Notes under the pieces: generated by a model
What the model was told of the DNA's origin: nothing
The model's database searches: none
What the model saw: only the letters and a program-made list of their open reading frames with translations
Shown: one piece after another, positions 1 through 10,632 of the stretch
Numbering within the stretch: the stretch's first letter is position 1
Layout: every line of letters begins with the position of its first letter
Translations under genes and position numbers: made by a program
Source of the DNA: Chiloscyllium plagiosum
Taxonomy: Eukaryota
Length of the DNA: 64,000 nucleotides
Assembly: GCF_004010195.1 (NCBI RefSeq)
Contig: NC_057754.1
Coordinates: 12,509,553-12,573,552, forward strand
Reading direction: 5' to 3'

Positions 1-59
1 GAAGCAGGAAGCTAAGAAAGATATACTTTCTACCCCACTTTAAACACTGCCCCATCCCA

Positions 60-670
60 CCGAATCCAATCCATTGTCAGCATTATGCAGGAAACTTTCT
101 CTCAGGACACCCTGGTCCAATTTTCTGGTTTATGACATCTCTCCTCACTACGTAAGGTTCCAGACATACCTTCCAGTAATTTATCTGCACTTCACTCAAT
201 CTAGTCAATTGTATTTCCTGTTCACAATGTGATATCTCTACACTGGGAAGAGGAAAACAGAGTGACAATCAAATTTGAGAGCACTTATGTTCTGCCCGGA
301 ATAAAATGAATCCAAGCTCACAGATTCCTGTCACTTGAACATCCCACTGTGTTCCCATGTCACCATTTCAGTCTTGGGTCTGCTGCAATGCTCCCGCAAG
401 GCACAGTGCAAGCTGGAAGAGCGACACCTCATTTTCTACTGAGAAACTATGCAGCCTTCAGGACCCAACATCGAGTTCAATAATTTTAGAACCTGTCAGC
501 CTTCTTCCACCTCTTTACCCACCCACCCATCCCAGCAGTTCCACAGACTGGGGTTGGGCTCAAAACATTATCTCTTCTTTCTCTCCACAGATGTATTATA
601 CCCACAGATTTTGTTCAGACATTTCTGCTCTTCTTTAGAGAACTTTGTTCTGTCTGATCACCAGACTGCA
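60..670 (+). mobile_element. Decayed Penelope-like element 3' fragment (GIY-YIG endonuclease remnant plus terminus)
   Basis: From about 180 reads FICTSLNLVNCISCSQC..YTG (frameshifted); ends GPNIEFNNFR at about 490, the usual C-terminus of these ORFs; terminal motif ctctccacagatg...ctgcag follows. Confidence 0.7.
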
Positions 671-682
671 GAAAGCTTGAGA

Positions 683-1140
683 TTGCACCGGAAGGTGTTC
701 AGAGGAGATTGACCAGAATGTTGCCTGGGCTGGACCATTTCCACTATGAAAATGGACGAGCTAGGCTGGTGCTATTTATCTGAGAGGAACTGATTAACGT
801 GCACATATTATGAAGAGGATAGATATGTGTGATAGGAATAAACGTGTTGTGCGATGGATTATTAACCAGGGATATTGGATAAAAGCAAGAGACAGGAGAT
901 TTAGAGGATAGTCAGGAAGAATATTTTCCCCCAGAGACTGTTCTTTGTCTAGAATTCAATATCTCAATGTGTGGTAAAGCTAAAAGTCATCACAACGTTT
1001 CAGGAATATTTAACCGAACACTTGAAGTGTCAGAGCACACGTGGATAATGGCAAGGGACTGGAAAGTGGGGCGAGGATAAATAGATTCTGAATGGGAGAC
1101 ACGAACACAATGGGTCAATGGCAACTTGGTGTACTATAAG
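683..1140 (+). mobile_element. Old CR1/HER1 LINE 3' fragment
   Basis: Degenerate VQRRLTRMLPGL C-terminal ORF2 sequence and CR1-type 3' UTR, similar to other copies in the window. Confidence 0.75.
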
Positions 1141-1154
1141 GAGGCTGCAAGTGC

Positions 1155-1245
1155 AGCTTGTGCCGCAGTGGAAAGCACATTGGATTTCTAAATTATTACT
1201 CAGGATGCTGTTCGAAGCTTAGGCATTCCTATCCCATTAGAGTCG
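1155..1245 (+). pseudogene. Intron-containing tRNA-Arg(TCT) pseudogene
   Basis: AGCTTGTGCCGCAGTGGAAAGCACATTGGATTTCTA matches the vertebrate Arg-TCT 5' half; about 34-nt intron ending GGC; then ATTC, a 15-nt deletion, TCCCATTAGAGTCG and TTTT at 1248-1251. Confidence 0.75.
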
Positions 1246-2004
1246 GATTTTAGTTCAAGTTTGGAATGAATTAATGAAGATTCATTGTGAATTCCTGCCA
1301 TCTGGAATTGCAATCCCTCCTAGTTGAAATACCTCACCTTCTCGGGGCAAGTTTTGAGGGAATCGCATCATTTGAAACTTGACCAAACCAGCATCGGCTG
1401 CTCACCTGCAATGTTCGTGCAGAAACCCAACTGGCTCAAAATGCAACATTTCCCTCCCATAGCTGCGTAATTTTGATTTTGATTTAAGGTATACCTCGGT
1501 AAATATCTGTTTCCCAATGGGCGACAGGATAATGTGGGTTGTCTGGGAAAGGACATGAAAGTGTTCGGTCAGTCATGACGGTATCGAATGGCAGGGCAGG
1601 GCTGGTGGATTGAATAGTCTCCTTCTTTTCCTCTCTATCTGGGCTGTTTCTGGCAGAGGATTTTACCAATAATATGATGAGGACAATGTGAATCTAAACC
1701 ACGGAATATGAAAGTCCTCCCTTTTACCCCGCCGCACTCACAGCTGGAAGAGACAGCTCCTGGTGCAGCTTGAGATAAGACAGGCGCTCTGACAGACGGC
1801 ATGCTCCTTCATACAAATTTTCAACTGGACACATGGAGGCAGCGACATGAGGATATTGGAGATTCAGAAACAGATTTCCCCCTTGCTGGGTTGGAGTTCG
1901 GGCCACGGTAACAAACATAAATTTCTGTCATTCTGAATTTTACTCTGGACTCTTGATCTTTACAAATTAAACATGCCATTCATATTTCAAAAAAGACATG
2001 CTAC

Positions 2005-2255
2005 ATTAGATTCTCTACAGTGTGGAAACAGGCCCTACGGACCAACATGTCCACACCAACCCTCCGAAGAGAAACCCACTCCTCTACCCTATATTTATCC
2101 CTGACTAACACACCAGGCAATTTAGTACAGCCAATTCACCTGACCTGCACTTCATTGGATTGCGGGAAGAAACTGGAGCACCTGGAGGAAACCCACGCAG
2201 ACACGGAGAGAATGCACAAACTCACACAGACAGGAATTGAACCCAGGACCCTGGT
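2005..2255 (-). mobile_element. HE1-type SINE, head end next to the assembly gap
   Basis: attagattc..acagtgtggaaacaggccc tail and ggagcacctggaggaaacccacgcagacacgg body. Confidence 0.9.
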
Positions 2256-2262
2256 TTTAGTA

Positions 2263-2762
2263 NNNNNNNNNNNNNNNNNNNNNNNNNNNNNNNNNNNNNN
2301 NNNNNNNNNNNNNNNNNNNNNNNNNNNNNNNNNNNNNNNNNNNNNNNNNNNNNNNNNNNNNNNNNNNNNNNNNNNNNNNNNNNNNNNNNNNNNNNNNNNN
2401 NNNNNNNNNNNNNNNNNNNNNNNNNNNNNNNNNNNNNNNNNNNNNNNNNNNNNNNNNNNNNNNNNNNNNNNNNNNNNNNNNNNNNNNNNNNNNNNNNNNN
2501 NNNNNNNNNNNNNNNNNNNNNNNNNNNNNNNNNNNNNNNNNNNNNNNNNNNNNNNNNNNNNNNNNNNNNNNNNNNNNNNNNNNNNNNNNNNNNNNNNNNN
2601 NNNNNNNNNNNNNNNNNNNNNNNNNNNNNNNNNNNNNNNNNNNNNNNNNNNNNNNNNNNNNNNNNNNNNNNNNNNNNNNNNNNNNNNNNNNNNNNNNNNN
2701 NNNNNNNNNNNNNNNNNNNNNNNNNNNNNNNNNNNNNNNNNNNNNNNNNNNNNNNNNNNNNN
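2263..2762. other. Assembly gap (500 N)
   Basis: Run of N. Confidence 1.
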
Positions 2763-3030
2763 AGGGGAGTTCTGATTGAAGCTTGCAGAATATTGATTGG
2801 CCTGGAACGAGTGGACAGTGGAAAGATGTTTCTATTGGCAGGAGAGATGATGACCTAAGGGCACAGCCAAAGAACAGAGATTAGGAGAAACGTCTTCAAA
2901 CAGAGATTGGTGAATCTGTGGAACTGATTGCCACAAAAGGCTATGGAGGTCAGGTCATGGAGATAAATGCTTGATTGTCATGGGGATCAAAGATTATGGA
3001 GAGAAAGCAGGAAAGTAGGGTTGTAAAACC
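2763..3030 (+). mobile_element. CR1 LINE 3' fragment
   Basis: gggagttctgattgaa...ttcttcaaacagagattggtgaatctgtggaa; homologous to 35160-35400. Confidence 0.75.
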
Positions 3031-3035
3031 ATCAG

Positions 3036-3585
3036 ATGGAAGTGAGGACTGCAATTGCTGAAGATTAGAGTCGAGAGTATGGTGCTGGAATAACACAACA
3101 GGTCAGGCAGCATCCGAGGAGCAGGAGATGGCTTTTCAGACAAATGCCCTTCATCAGGAATGAGGAGGTGGAGAGATAAAGGGCGTGGGACTGGGGGTGA
3201 GGTAGCTGAGAGCACGTTGGTTGATGGAGATGGGGATAATGGTGATAAGTCAGAGCGGAGAATGGGGCAGATATTTGGGAAAGAAGATGGACAGGTAGGA
3301 CAGGTCATGAGGACAGGGCCAAATTGGAAGATTGGATCTGAGATAAAGTGGGGGGAGGTAAAATGAAGAAACTGGCAAAAAGATCCCCATGGTATCAATG
3401 TGGATTTCACCAGTTTCCTCATTTCCCTTCCACCCACCTTATCCCAGATCCAAACTTCCAATTTGGCCACCCTAATGACTTACCTACCTGTCTATCTTCT
3501 TTCCCTTCTATCTGCTCCATCGACCCCTCTGACCTATCACTATTATTCCCACCTCCATCCATGTAGCACACTCACAGCTACCTTC
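3036..3585 (-). mobile_element. Penelope-like 3' end/pLTR (minus) fused to an inverted partial copy
   Basis: 3036-3380 is the reverse complement of the family at 32120-32503; 3408-3585 is a diverged inverted repeat of 3200-3380; CTGATGA..GAAA core on minus at 3131-3157. Confidence 0.8.
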
Positions 3586-3589
3586 CACC

Positions 3590-3890
3590 AAGGCCCTTCG
3601 GCCCAACAATTCCACACCAACGTTCCGAAGTACAACCCACCCAGACCCATTCCCCTACATTCATCCCTGACTAATGCACCTAACACTATGGGCAATTTGG
3701 CATGGTCAATTCACCTAACCTGCTCATCTTTGGACTGTGGGAGGAAACCGGAGCACCCAGAGGAAACCCACACAGACATGGGGAGAATGTGCAAACTCCA
3801 CACGGGCAGGTGCCTGAGGCGGGAATTGAATGCGGGTCCCTGGTGCTGTGAGGTAAGCAGTGCTAACCACTGAGCCACTATTCCACCCAT
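3590..3890 (-). mobile_element. HE1-type SINE
   Basis: Full body with tRNA-derived head (gcgggaattgaa...agtgctaaccactgagcca). Confidence 0.92.
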
Positions 3891-5086
3891 TAAAGGAGAG
3901 TCATTGTGATTAATTGATCCGGAGTGATCTGTCTAACTGGATAACCAGGAAAACTGGTCGGCAGCACTCACAGTGACCCTGGCTCCACTAGGCCCCAGTC
4001 ACCCTCACAAACCATCATTGTCCTTCCCTTTAACTGATGTCTGCTCTGTTCTTGTTTTAAACCAATTGCACGTCAGGTAATTGCTGCTGATATTGCTGAT
4101 GTGGAACTGCAGCAGGCAGGGAAGTTGTTCTGACTGGTCCATGGAATCATACTGCTGCCAAAGATCAAGTAGAATTTCGTATTGATTACTGTAAATGGTA
4201 ACTATTAACAGGTGATTGCATTATAAGCACTGAATCATAATGACTAGGCTACCAGGAAAGATCTATGTTTATATCACTTTTGGCACTGTCTGATTCGGCT
4301 TTGCATTCTCCCATCTTTTTGCACATGATCCCCTCACCTCTGTTTAGTTACGTCTTGGTTTTCATACACAGACTATCCAATCATCTATTACATTGCAGTT
4401 TCTAATGCATGAGACTCTTTCTCTCTCAGATTGCACTCTACTGGCTCTGCATCTCAGTGCTTCGAGAAAAAACCTATCTCCAATGAATAAAAAAAAGAGC
4501 CAAAAGCTGTGTCATTAAGAAACAATGGAAATGCTCCGCCTTTATACCTGATAGGATTCACCACTTTCACCGCTGTGGTACAGGTTGGATTCCTGGTCAG
4601 GGAATCTGGATTTATTCTTACTGACAGTGATAACAGCAAAATCCCCGAGAATATTCAGAGTTCCCCTGAAAGAAGGGGAAGGTGCCTTTACTGTCTCTGC
4701 TCAGTTGGACAATGTACCCTTCATTGCACTCTGATTCCGCTTGCCAAAGTGTTTCTAAGATCTACAAAGCTGGTGACTGTGTTTTGTTGTTTTGTTTCCT
4801 TGCCATTCTCCAAAGCCACAGTGATTGGATCGGTAGGCTTTGGAAATGTAAAGGTACCCATGAGCAGCGTGAGGGACTACTTTAGCTTCCTATCGTCTGA
4901 CAGCTCTGGGAGATTGACTCTGATGCTCTCGGGGACATTTACTGATGTGACACAGTGAAAAGATTCTCGAACCTGCAGACAAAAAAAAGAACAAAGAACA
5001 AAGAAAATTACAGCACAGGATCAGGCCCTTCGGCCCTCCAAGCCTGCACCAATCTAGATCCTCTATCTAAACCTGTCACCTATTTT

Positions 5087-5651
5087 AGAATTTAGAACAT
5101 AGAACAATGCAGCATAGAACAGGCCCTTCAGCCCTCGATGTTGCGCCAATCTGTGAACTATTCTCAGCTCGTCCCCCTACACTATCCCAAAAAAATCCAT
5201 GTGCTTATCTAAGTATTGTTTAAATCTCCCTAATTTGGCTGAGTTGACTACATTAGCAGGTAGGGCATTCCATCTCTGACATCTGTCTTAAATCTATCAC
5301 CCCTCAATTTCCAGTTATGCCCCTTCGCACATGCTGATGTCATCATCCTAGGAAAAAGACTTTCACTGTCCACCCTATCTAATCGTCTGATCATTGTGTA
5401 TGTCTCGAACAAATCCCCTCTTAACCTTTTTCTTGCCAATGAGAACAGGTTCAAGTCTCTCAGCCTTCCCTCATAAGACCTTCCCTCCAGATCAGGCAAC
5501 ATCCTGGTAAATCTCCTCTGCCCTTATTCCAATGCTTCCACATCCTTCCCGAAATATGGGGACTAGAACTGTACACAATATTCCAAGTGCGGCTGCACCA
5601 GCGTTTGTATAGTTGCAGCATGATATTATGGCTCCAGAACTCAATCCGTCC
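5087..5651 (-). mobile_element. 5'-truncated CR1 nested in the 3' UTR of the previous element
   Basis: Own (TAGAACA)n tail; flanks cctgtcacctatttt (5072-5086) and cctgtcgtatatttt (5652-5666) are a 12/15 target-site duplication. Confidence 0.85.
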
Positions 5652-7600
5652 CCTGTCGTATATTTTCTAAGGGTCTGTATCCCTTTGCTCCCTGCCCATT
5701 CACGCATCTGTCTAGTTACATCTTATCGACACTATCATGCCCATCCCTGCCACGTCCACTGGCAATGAGTTCCAGTTACCCACCACCCTCTGCATAAAGA
5801 ACTTTCCATGCATCTCTCCCCTCAACTTTTCCCCTCTCACTATGAACTCATGACACATAGTAATTGAGACCTCAATCCTGGGCAAAAAAATGTTTCTTAC
5901 TATCCTGTCTGTCTATAACTCTGATGATTTTGTAAACCTCAATCAGGTACACCCCCCCAAAAAAAACCTCTGTCTTTCTAATGAAGACAATTCTAAACTA
6001 CTCAACCTTTCCTCATAGCTACTGCCCTCAATACCAGGCAACATCCTAATGAACACGCTCTGCACCCTTTCAAATGCATCCACATCCTTTTGGTAATGTG
6101 GCGACTAGAACTGTACAAAGTATTCCAAATGTGGCTGAACCAATGTCCTATACAACTGAAACATTACCTGCCAACCCTTGTAACTCAATACCCTGTTCAA
6201 ATAAGGAAAGCATGCCGTATACTTTCTTGACCACTCTATTGACCTGCGTTGCCACTTTGATGGAACAATGGACCTGAACGCCCAGATTTCTCTGCACATC
6301 AATTTTCCCCAGGACTTTTCCATCTACATGATATTTCACTCTCGAATTGGATCTTCCAAAATGCATGACCTCGCATTTTACCAGATTGTACTCTATCTGC
6401 CATTTCTCTGCCCAAATCTCCAACCTACATATTTTTTCTACTGTATTGTCTGACAGTCCCCTTCACTATCTAATGCTTCATCGATTTTAGTATCATCTGC
6501 AAACTTGCTAATAGACCAGCTATAGTTTCCTCCAAATCATTTACATATATCACAAACCACAGTGGTCCCAACACAGAACACCCACTGGTCACAGGTCTCC
6601 ATTTGTGAAGCTCTCTTCCACTACTACTCTCTGTCTCCTGTTGCCCAGTCAGTTCGGTATTGCTAGTACACCGATGCAACTTCACCTTCTCCATCAGCCT
6701 ACCCTGGGGAATCTTATCAAACGCCTTACTAAAGCCCATGCATATGATATCTCCAACCCTTCACTGATCAATCAACTTTGTCACTTTCTTAAAGAATTCT
6801 ATTAATTTTGAAAGATTTGACCTTCCCTGCACAAAGCCATGATGCCTATCACTGATAAGCCCTTTTCTTCCAAATGGGAATAGACCCGATCCCTCATATC
6901 ATGTCCAGCAGCTTCCCTACCACTGACATCACTCACCTGTGTGTAAATACCTGCATTATCCCTGCTACTCTTCTTAAATAAGAGGATAACATTACCAATC
7001 TTCCAGTCCTCTGGGACTTCACCCATGTTCAAGGATGTTGCAAAGATAAGGCACCAGCTATTTCTTCTCTTGCGTCCCTCAGGAAGCAGGGATCAATCCC
7101 ATCTGAACCTGGGGACTTGTCCATCTTAATGCCTTTTAGAATGTCCAACACTCCCCACCCCCAAATACTTGACCTGGAGGATTCAGACATCTATTCCTAA
7201 CCTCAATATCCAACATGACCCTCACCTCAGTGAATAATGATGCAAAGAACTCATTGAAAATCTCACCCATTTTCTCTGACTCCTCTTTTGTCCTTGAGTG
7301 GGTCAATCCTTTCTCTAGTTACTCTCTTGCTCCTTATATATGAATAAAATGTTTTGGGATTTTCCTTAACCTTGACTTATAAAGATATATCATGACCCTT
7401 TTTAGCCCTCTTAATTTCTCAGTTTAGATTTGTGCTACATTCCCAATATTCTTACAAAGCTTCTTCTGTATTCAGTCATCTACACCTTACAAATGTGTCT
7501 TTTTTGCTCTTAGCTCGTCTCACAATTTCACCTGTCCTCCATGGTTCCCTAATCTTGCCATTTATATCCCTCATTTTCACAGGAATGTATCTCTCCTGAT

Positions 7601-7916
7601 GGGTGACATGGTGGCTCAGTGGTTAGCACTGCTGCCTCACAGCACCAGGGGTGCTGGGTTCGAATTCCACTTGTCTGTGTGGAGTTTGCACATTCTCCCT
7701 GTGTCTGCGTGAGTTTCCTCCTGGTGCTCTGGTTTCCTCCCTCAATCCAAAGATGTGTAGGTCAGGTGAATTGGCCATGTTAAATTGCCCACAGTGTTAG
7801 GTGCGTTAGTCAGGAGTAAATGTAGGGGAATGGGCTTGGGTGGTTTCTCTTCAGAGGGGTGGTGTGGACTTGGGCTGAAGGGTCTGATTCCACAATGTAG
7901 AGAATCTAATCTAATC
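7601..7916 (+). mobile_element. HE1-type SINE nested in CR1
   Basis: ggtggctcagtggttagcactgc A box, gggttcgaattcc B box, aatctaatctaatc tail. Confidence 0.93.
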
Positions 7917-9510
7917 CCCTGAATGCTCACCAACCTTTCTTTAAAAGCCTATCACATATCAAATGTGGCTTTACCTTGAAACAGCTGCTCCCAATCTACA
8001 TTCCCCAGCTTCTGCCGAAGTTTGGTATAGTTTGTCTTCCCCCAATTTAGCGTTCTTTATGACCTCTCTCGTCATTGTCTATGAGTGTTCTAAAACTTAT
8101 GGAATTGTGATCAGTATTCCCAAAGCCCCTGCTGAAACTTCAACAACTGGCCGGGCTCATTGCCCAGCACCAGGTCCAGTATAGTGCTTTCTGGAGTTGC
8201 ACTATTTACATACTACTCTAGAAAACACTCCTGGATTTGTTTTACAAATTCTTCTCCATCCAGTCTCTAACACTAAGTGAATCCCAGTGAATGTTGGGAA
8301 AATTAAAATCTCCTTTCACCACTACCCTATTGCTCCTATGACTTTCAATAATCTGTTCACATGTTTGTACCTCTATCTCATGCTCGCTTTTGGGAAGCCT
8401 ATAGTGCTGGCATAACCTTTCTATTTCTGAGCTCTGCCCAAATTGCCTCACTGCTCAAGTCGTCTACAGTGCACTCTTCAGCATAACTGTGATATATTCT
8501 TTTACCGGTAATGCAACTCCTGCACACTTTTTACTTCCTTCTCTATCGCACCTGAAACATTGATATTCTGGGATATTCGTCAATCTTGCCCTTTCCTCAA
8601 CCTGGTCCCAGTAATAGCAATAACATCATACTCCCAGGTGCTAATCCAGCTTCTAAGTTCATCTGTCCTACTTACTACATTTCTTGTGTTAAAACAAATA
8701 CACCTCAGGCCACCAGTCCCATTGCATTCATCATCTGCTCCTTCCATGATCAGGATATCAAACGTCATCTCGACTTCACGACAATTGCGGAAATGAATTT
8801 GGATGGATAAAGAAGTTGTGAAGCACTCAAGCCAAGCAAGAGCCAAACATGTTGTTCCCCTGGCTCTGTGTATAACTAACAGTCTGAAGATGCAGAGTTC
8901 TGAAGTTTACATGGACATGCGCAACAATTGGAACATTCACAAGGTTAACAACCAGCAAAGATAATCACTGTCACTGCTTCATTTCAAAATTCCCCACTTT
9001 ATGAAGCAGTGTATTTCACTGGAAATGGAAACACATTTGTTCTCAGATACTTGCGTCAGGATTGTCTCATATTCTGCTCGAACTTTCCATCACTTCACTC
9101 ACAGTCACTGCACTATTTCATGAGCCACTCCAGTGAAATGTACTTTCATACTTTGAGACATGGTCTCTTCGAGTCAACACCCTGAACAAATTCAGTGAGA
9201 AACCTCTGGTGGTTTCTTGCACAGGATCTAAAATCAGCGAATTGAACAATGCCTTTATTGGTGCTGCCCTTCACCGCAGCTTAGAGCCTCAAAACAAGCC
9301 CCTGTTAGCATCAGCCTGTTCAGTACCTTTCTGCAGCACATCTGATTATCACAGATTATCACAGCTCTGCTTTCTTCACATTGAAACCCAGGGCAATAAT
9401 ATGAAGTGTTTGGAAACTTGGAGAGTGAAACATTGCTGCTGAATACGGTGATGACGCAAACAACAGGCACAAGAGTGTGCACAAGAGTGTGCACAAGTCA
9501 GGTTACCAGG

Positions 9511-9580
9511 GTTTCTGTCAGCATCACTGGGAGTCCACGTTTGCACCACCGAGACCTGGATACATTTCCCGGTCAGGAAA
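9511..9580 (+). pseudogene. Highly decayed tRNA-Glu-like remnant
   Basis: TTTGCACCACCGAGACCTGGATACATTTCCCGGTCAGGAAA matches 30/41 positions of the recalled tRNA-Glu 3' half; 5' half poor. Confidence 0.4.
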
Positions 9581-9639
9581 TGAAGATTCATTTATCTCCT
9601 TATGAATTATCTGAAATTACAGACTGATCCACCAGAATC

Positions 9640-9875
9640 ACTCCAGTGATTGTTTGCATCCATCAGTGGCAGCAGATACACAGGGAAACTATCACCACAA
9701 ATCCCCTCTAAGAATCTCACCATTCTGAGTTGGAAATCTTTCGCTATTCTTTCAGTGTCGCTGGGTCTAGATCCTGAAACTCTAGAGTAACTGACCACCT
9801 CTATCCCTGGGATAATTAGGGATGGGCAGTTAATCTTATCACTATAAGTAACATCCATATCCCAGGAATCCATTT
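9640..9875 (+). mobile_element. Old LINE 3' terminal fragment (CR1/L2-group)
   Basis: ctcaccattctgagttggaaat...ggataattagggatgggcagttaat...catccatatcccaggaat terminus. Confidence 0.6.
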
Positions 9876-10092
9876 CTAAAAGTTGCAGTTTCTATCCGAA
9901 CAACTGCAATCCATTGGAAATAAGTTGAGAAGCGGAGATAGGAGTGAAATGAATGTGAAAATCAATTATGATTGGGTGGCATGAGGCAGGAAGTGAGTGA
10001 GGAGCTGGTAGTGCAAGGTTCAGTATCAGTGTTAATGGGGCAGCCTTTACTGCCCACTGTTTAACTGACTCATGCATCAGTCCTGACCAAAT

Positions 10093-10632
10093 CATAGAGT
10101 CATAGAGATGTACAGCATGGAATCACACCCTTCGGTCCAACGCATCCATATCTCAACCCAATCTAGTCCCACCTGCCAGCACCCGGCCCATATCCCTCCA
10201 GACCCTTCCTATTCATATACCCATCCAAATGCCTCTTAAATGTTGCAATTGTACCAGCCTCCACCACATCCTCTGGCAGCTCATTCCATACACATACCAC
10301 ACTCTGCGTGAAAAAGTTGCCCCTTAGGTCTCTTTTATATTTTTCCCCTCTCACCCTAAACCTATACCCTCTAGTTCTGGACTCCCCAACCCCAGGGAAT
10401 AGACTTTGCCTATTTATCCTATCCATGCCCCTCATAATTTTGTAAACCTCTATAAGGTCACCTCTCAGCGCTCCGATGCTCCCGGGAAAACAACCCCAGC
10501 CTGTTCAGCCTCTCCCTGTAGCTCAGATCCTCCAACCCTGGCAACATCCTTGTAAATCTTTTCTGAACCCTTTCAAGTTTCACAACATCTTTCCGATAGG
10601 AAGGAGACCAGAATTGCACGCAATATTCCAAC
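10093..10632 (-). mobile_element. Young 5'-truncated CR1
   Basis: catagagtcatagag tail; LEYCVQFWSPSYRKDVVKLERVQKRFTRMLPGL; near-identical to 22080-22620. Confidence 0.95.

Larger units (their letters stand above)
4981..8745 (-). mobile_element. CR1 LINE ORF2 (APE endonuclease + RT), decayed
   Basis: (AAAGAAC)n tail at 4981; peptides LRCICFNTRNV, VVVKGDFNFPNIHW, GEVPEDWK, FSKAFDKIP, WAEKWQIEYN. Confidence 0.92.
3900..9610 (-). pseudogene. Tentative decayed large exon (LRR/TLR-like) split by the CR1 at 4981-8745
   Basis: Unique sequence on both sides of the CR1; acceptor tctgtaatttcAG at 9611; LRR/LRRCT-like pieces FRTLHLQTV, FVDLRNTL, LQFHISNISSNYLTCNW; many stops and frameshifts. Confidence 0.3.

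Noticed and set aside
2020..2775. 251-aa ORF
   Set aside because: Antisense HE1 SINE read through a 500-N gap
2994..3873. 150-160 aa ORFs on both strands
   Set aside because: Low-complexity Penelope 3' UTR inverted repeat plus SINE; no domain
4509..4958. 149-aa plus-strand ORF
   Set aside because: GTG start and no recognisable domain; more likely the antisense shadow of decayed minus-strand sequence
9344..9497. Short tandem duplications (10 bp x2, 12 bp x2.5)
   Set aside because: Ordinary slippage; no spacers, not CRISPR-like
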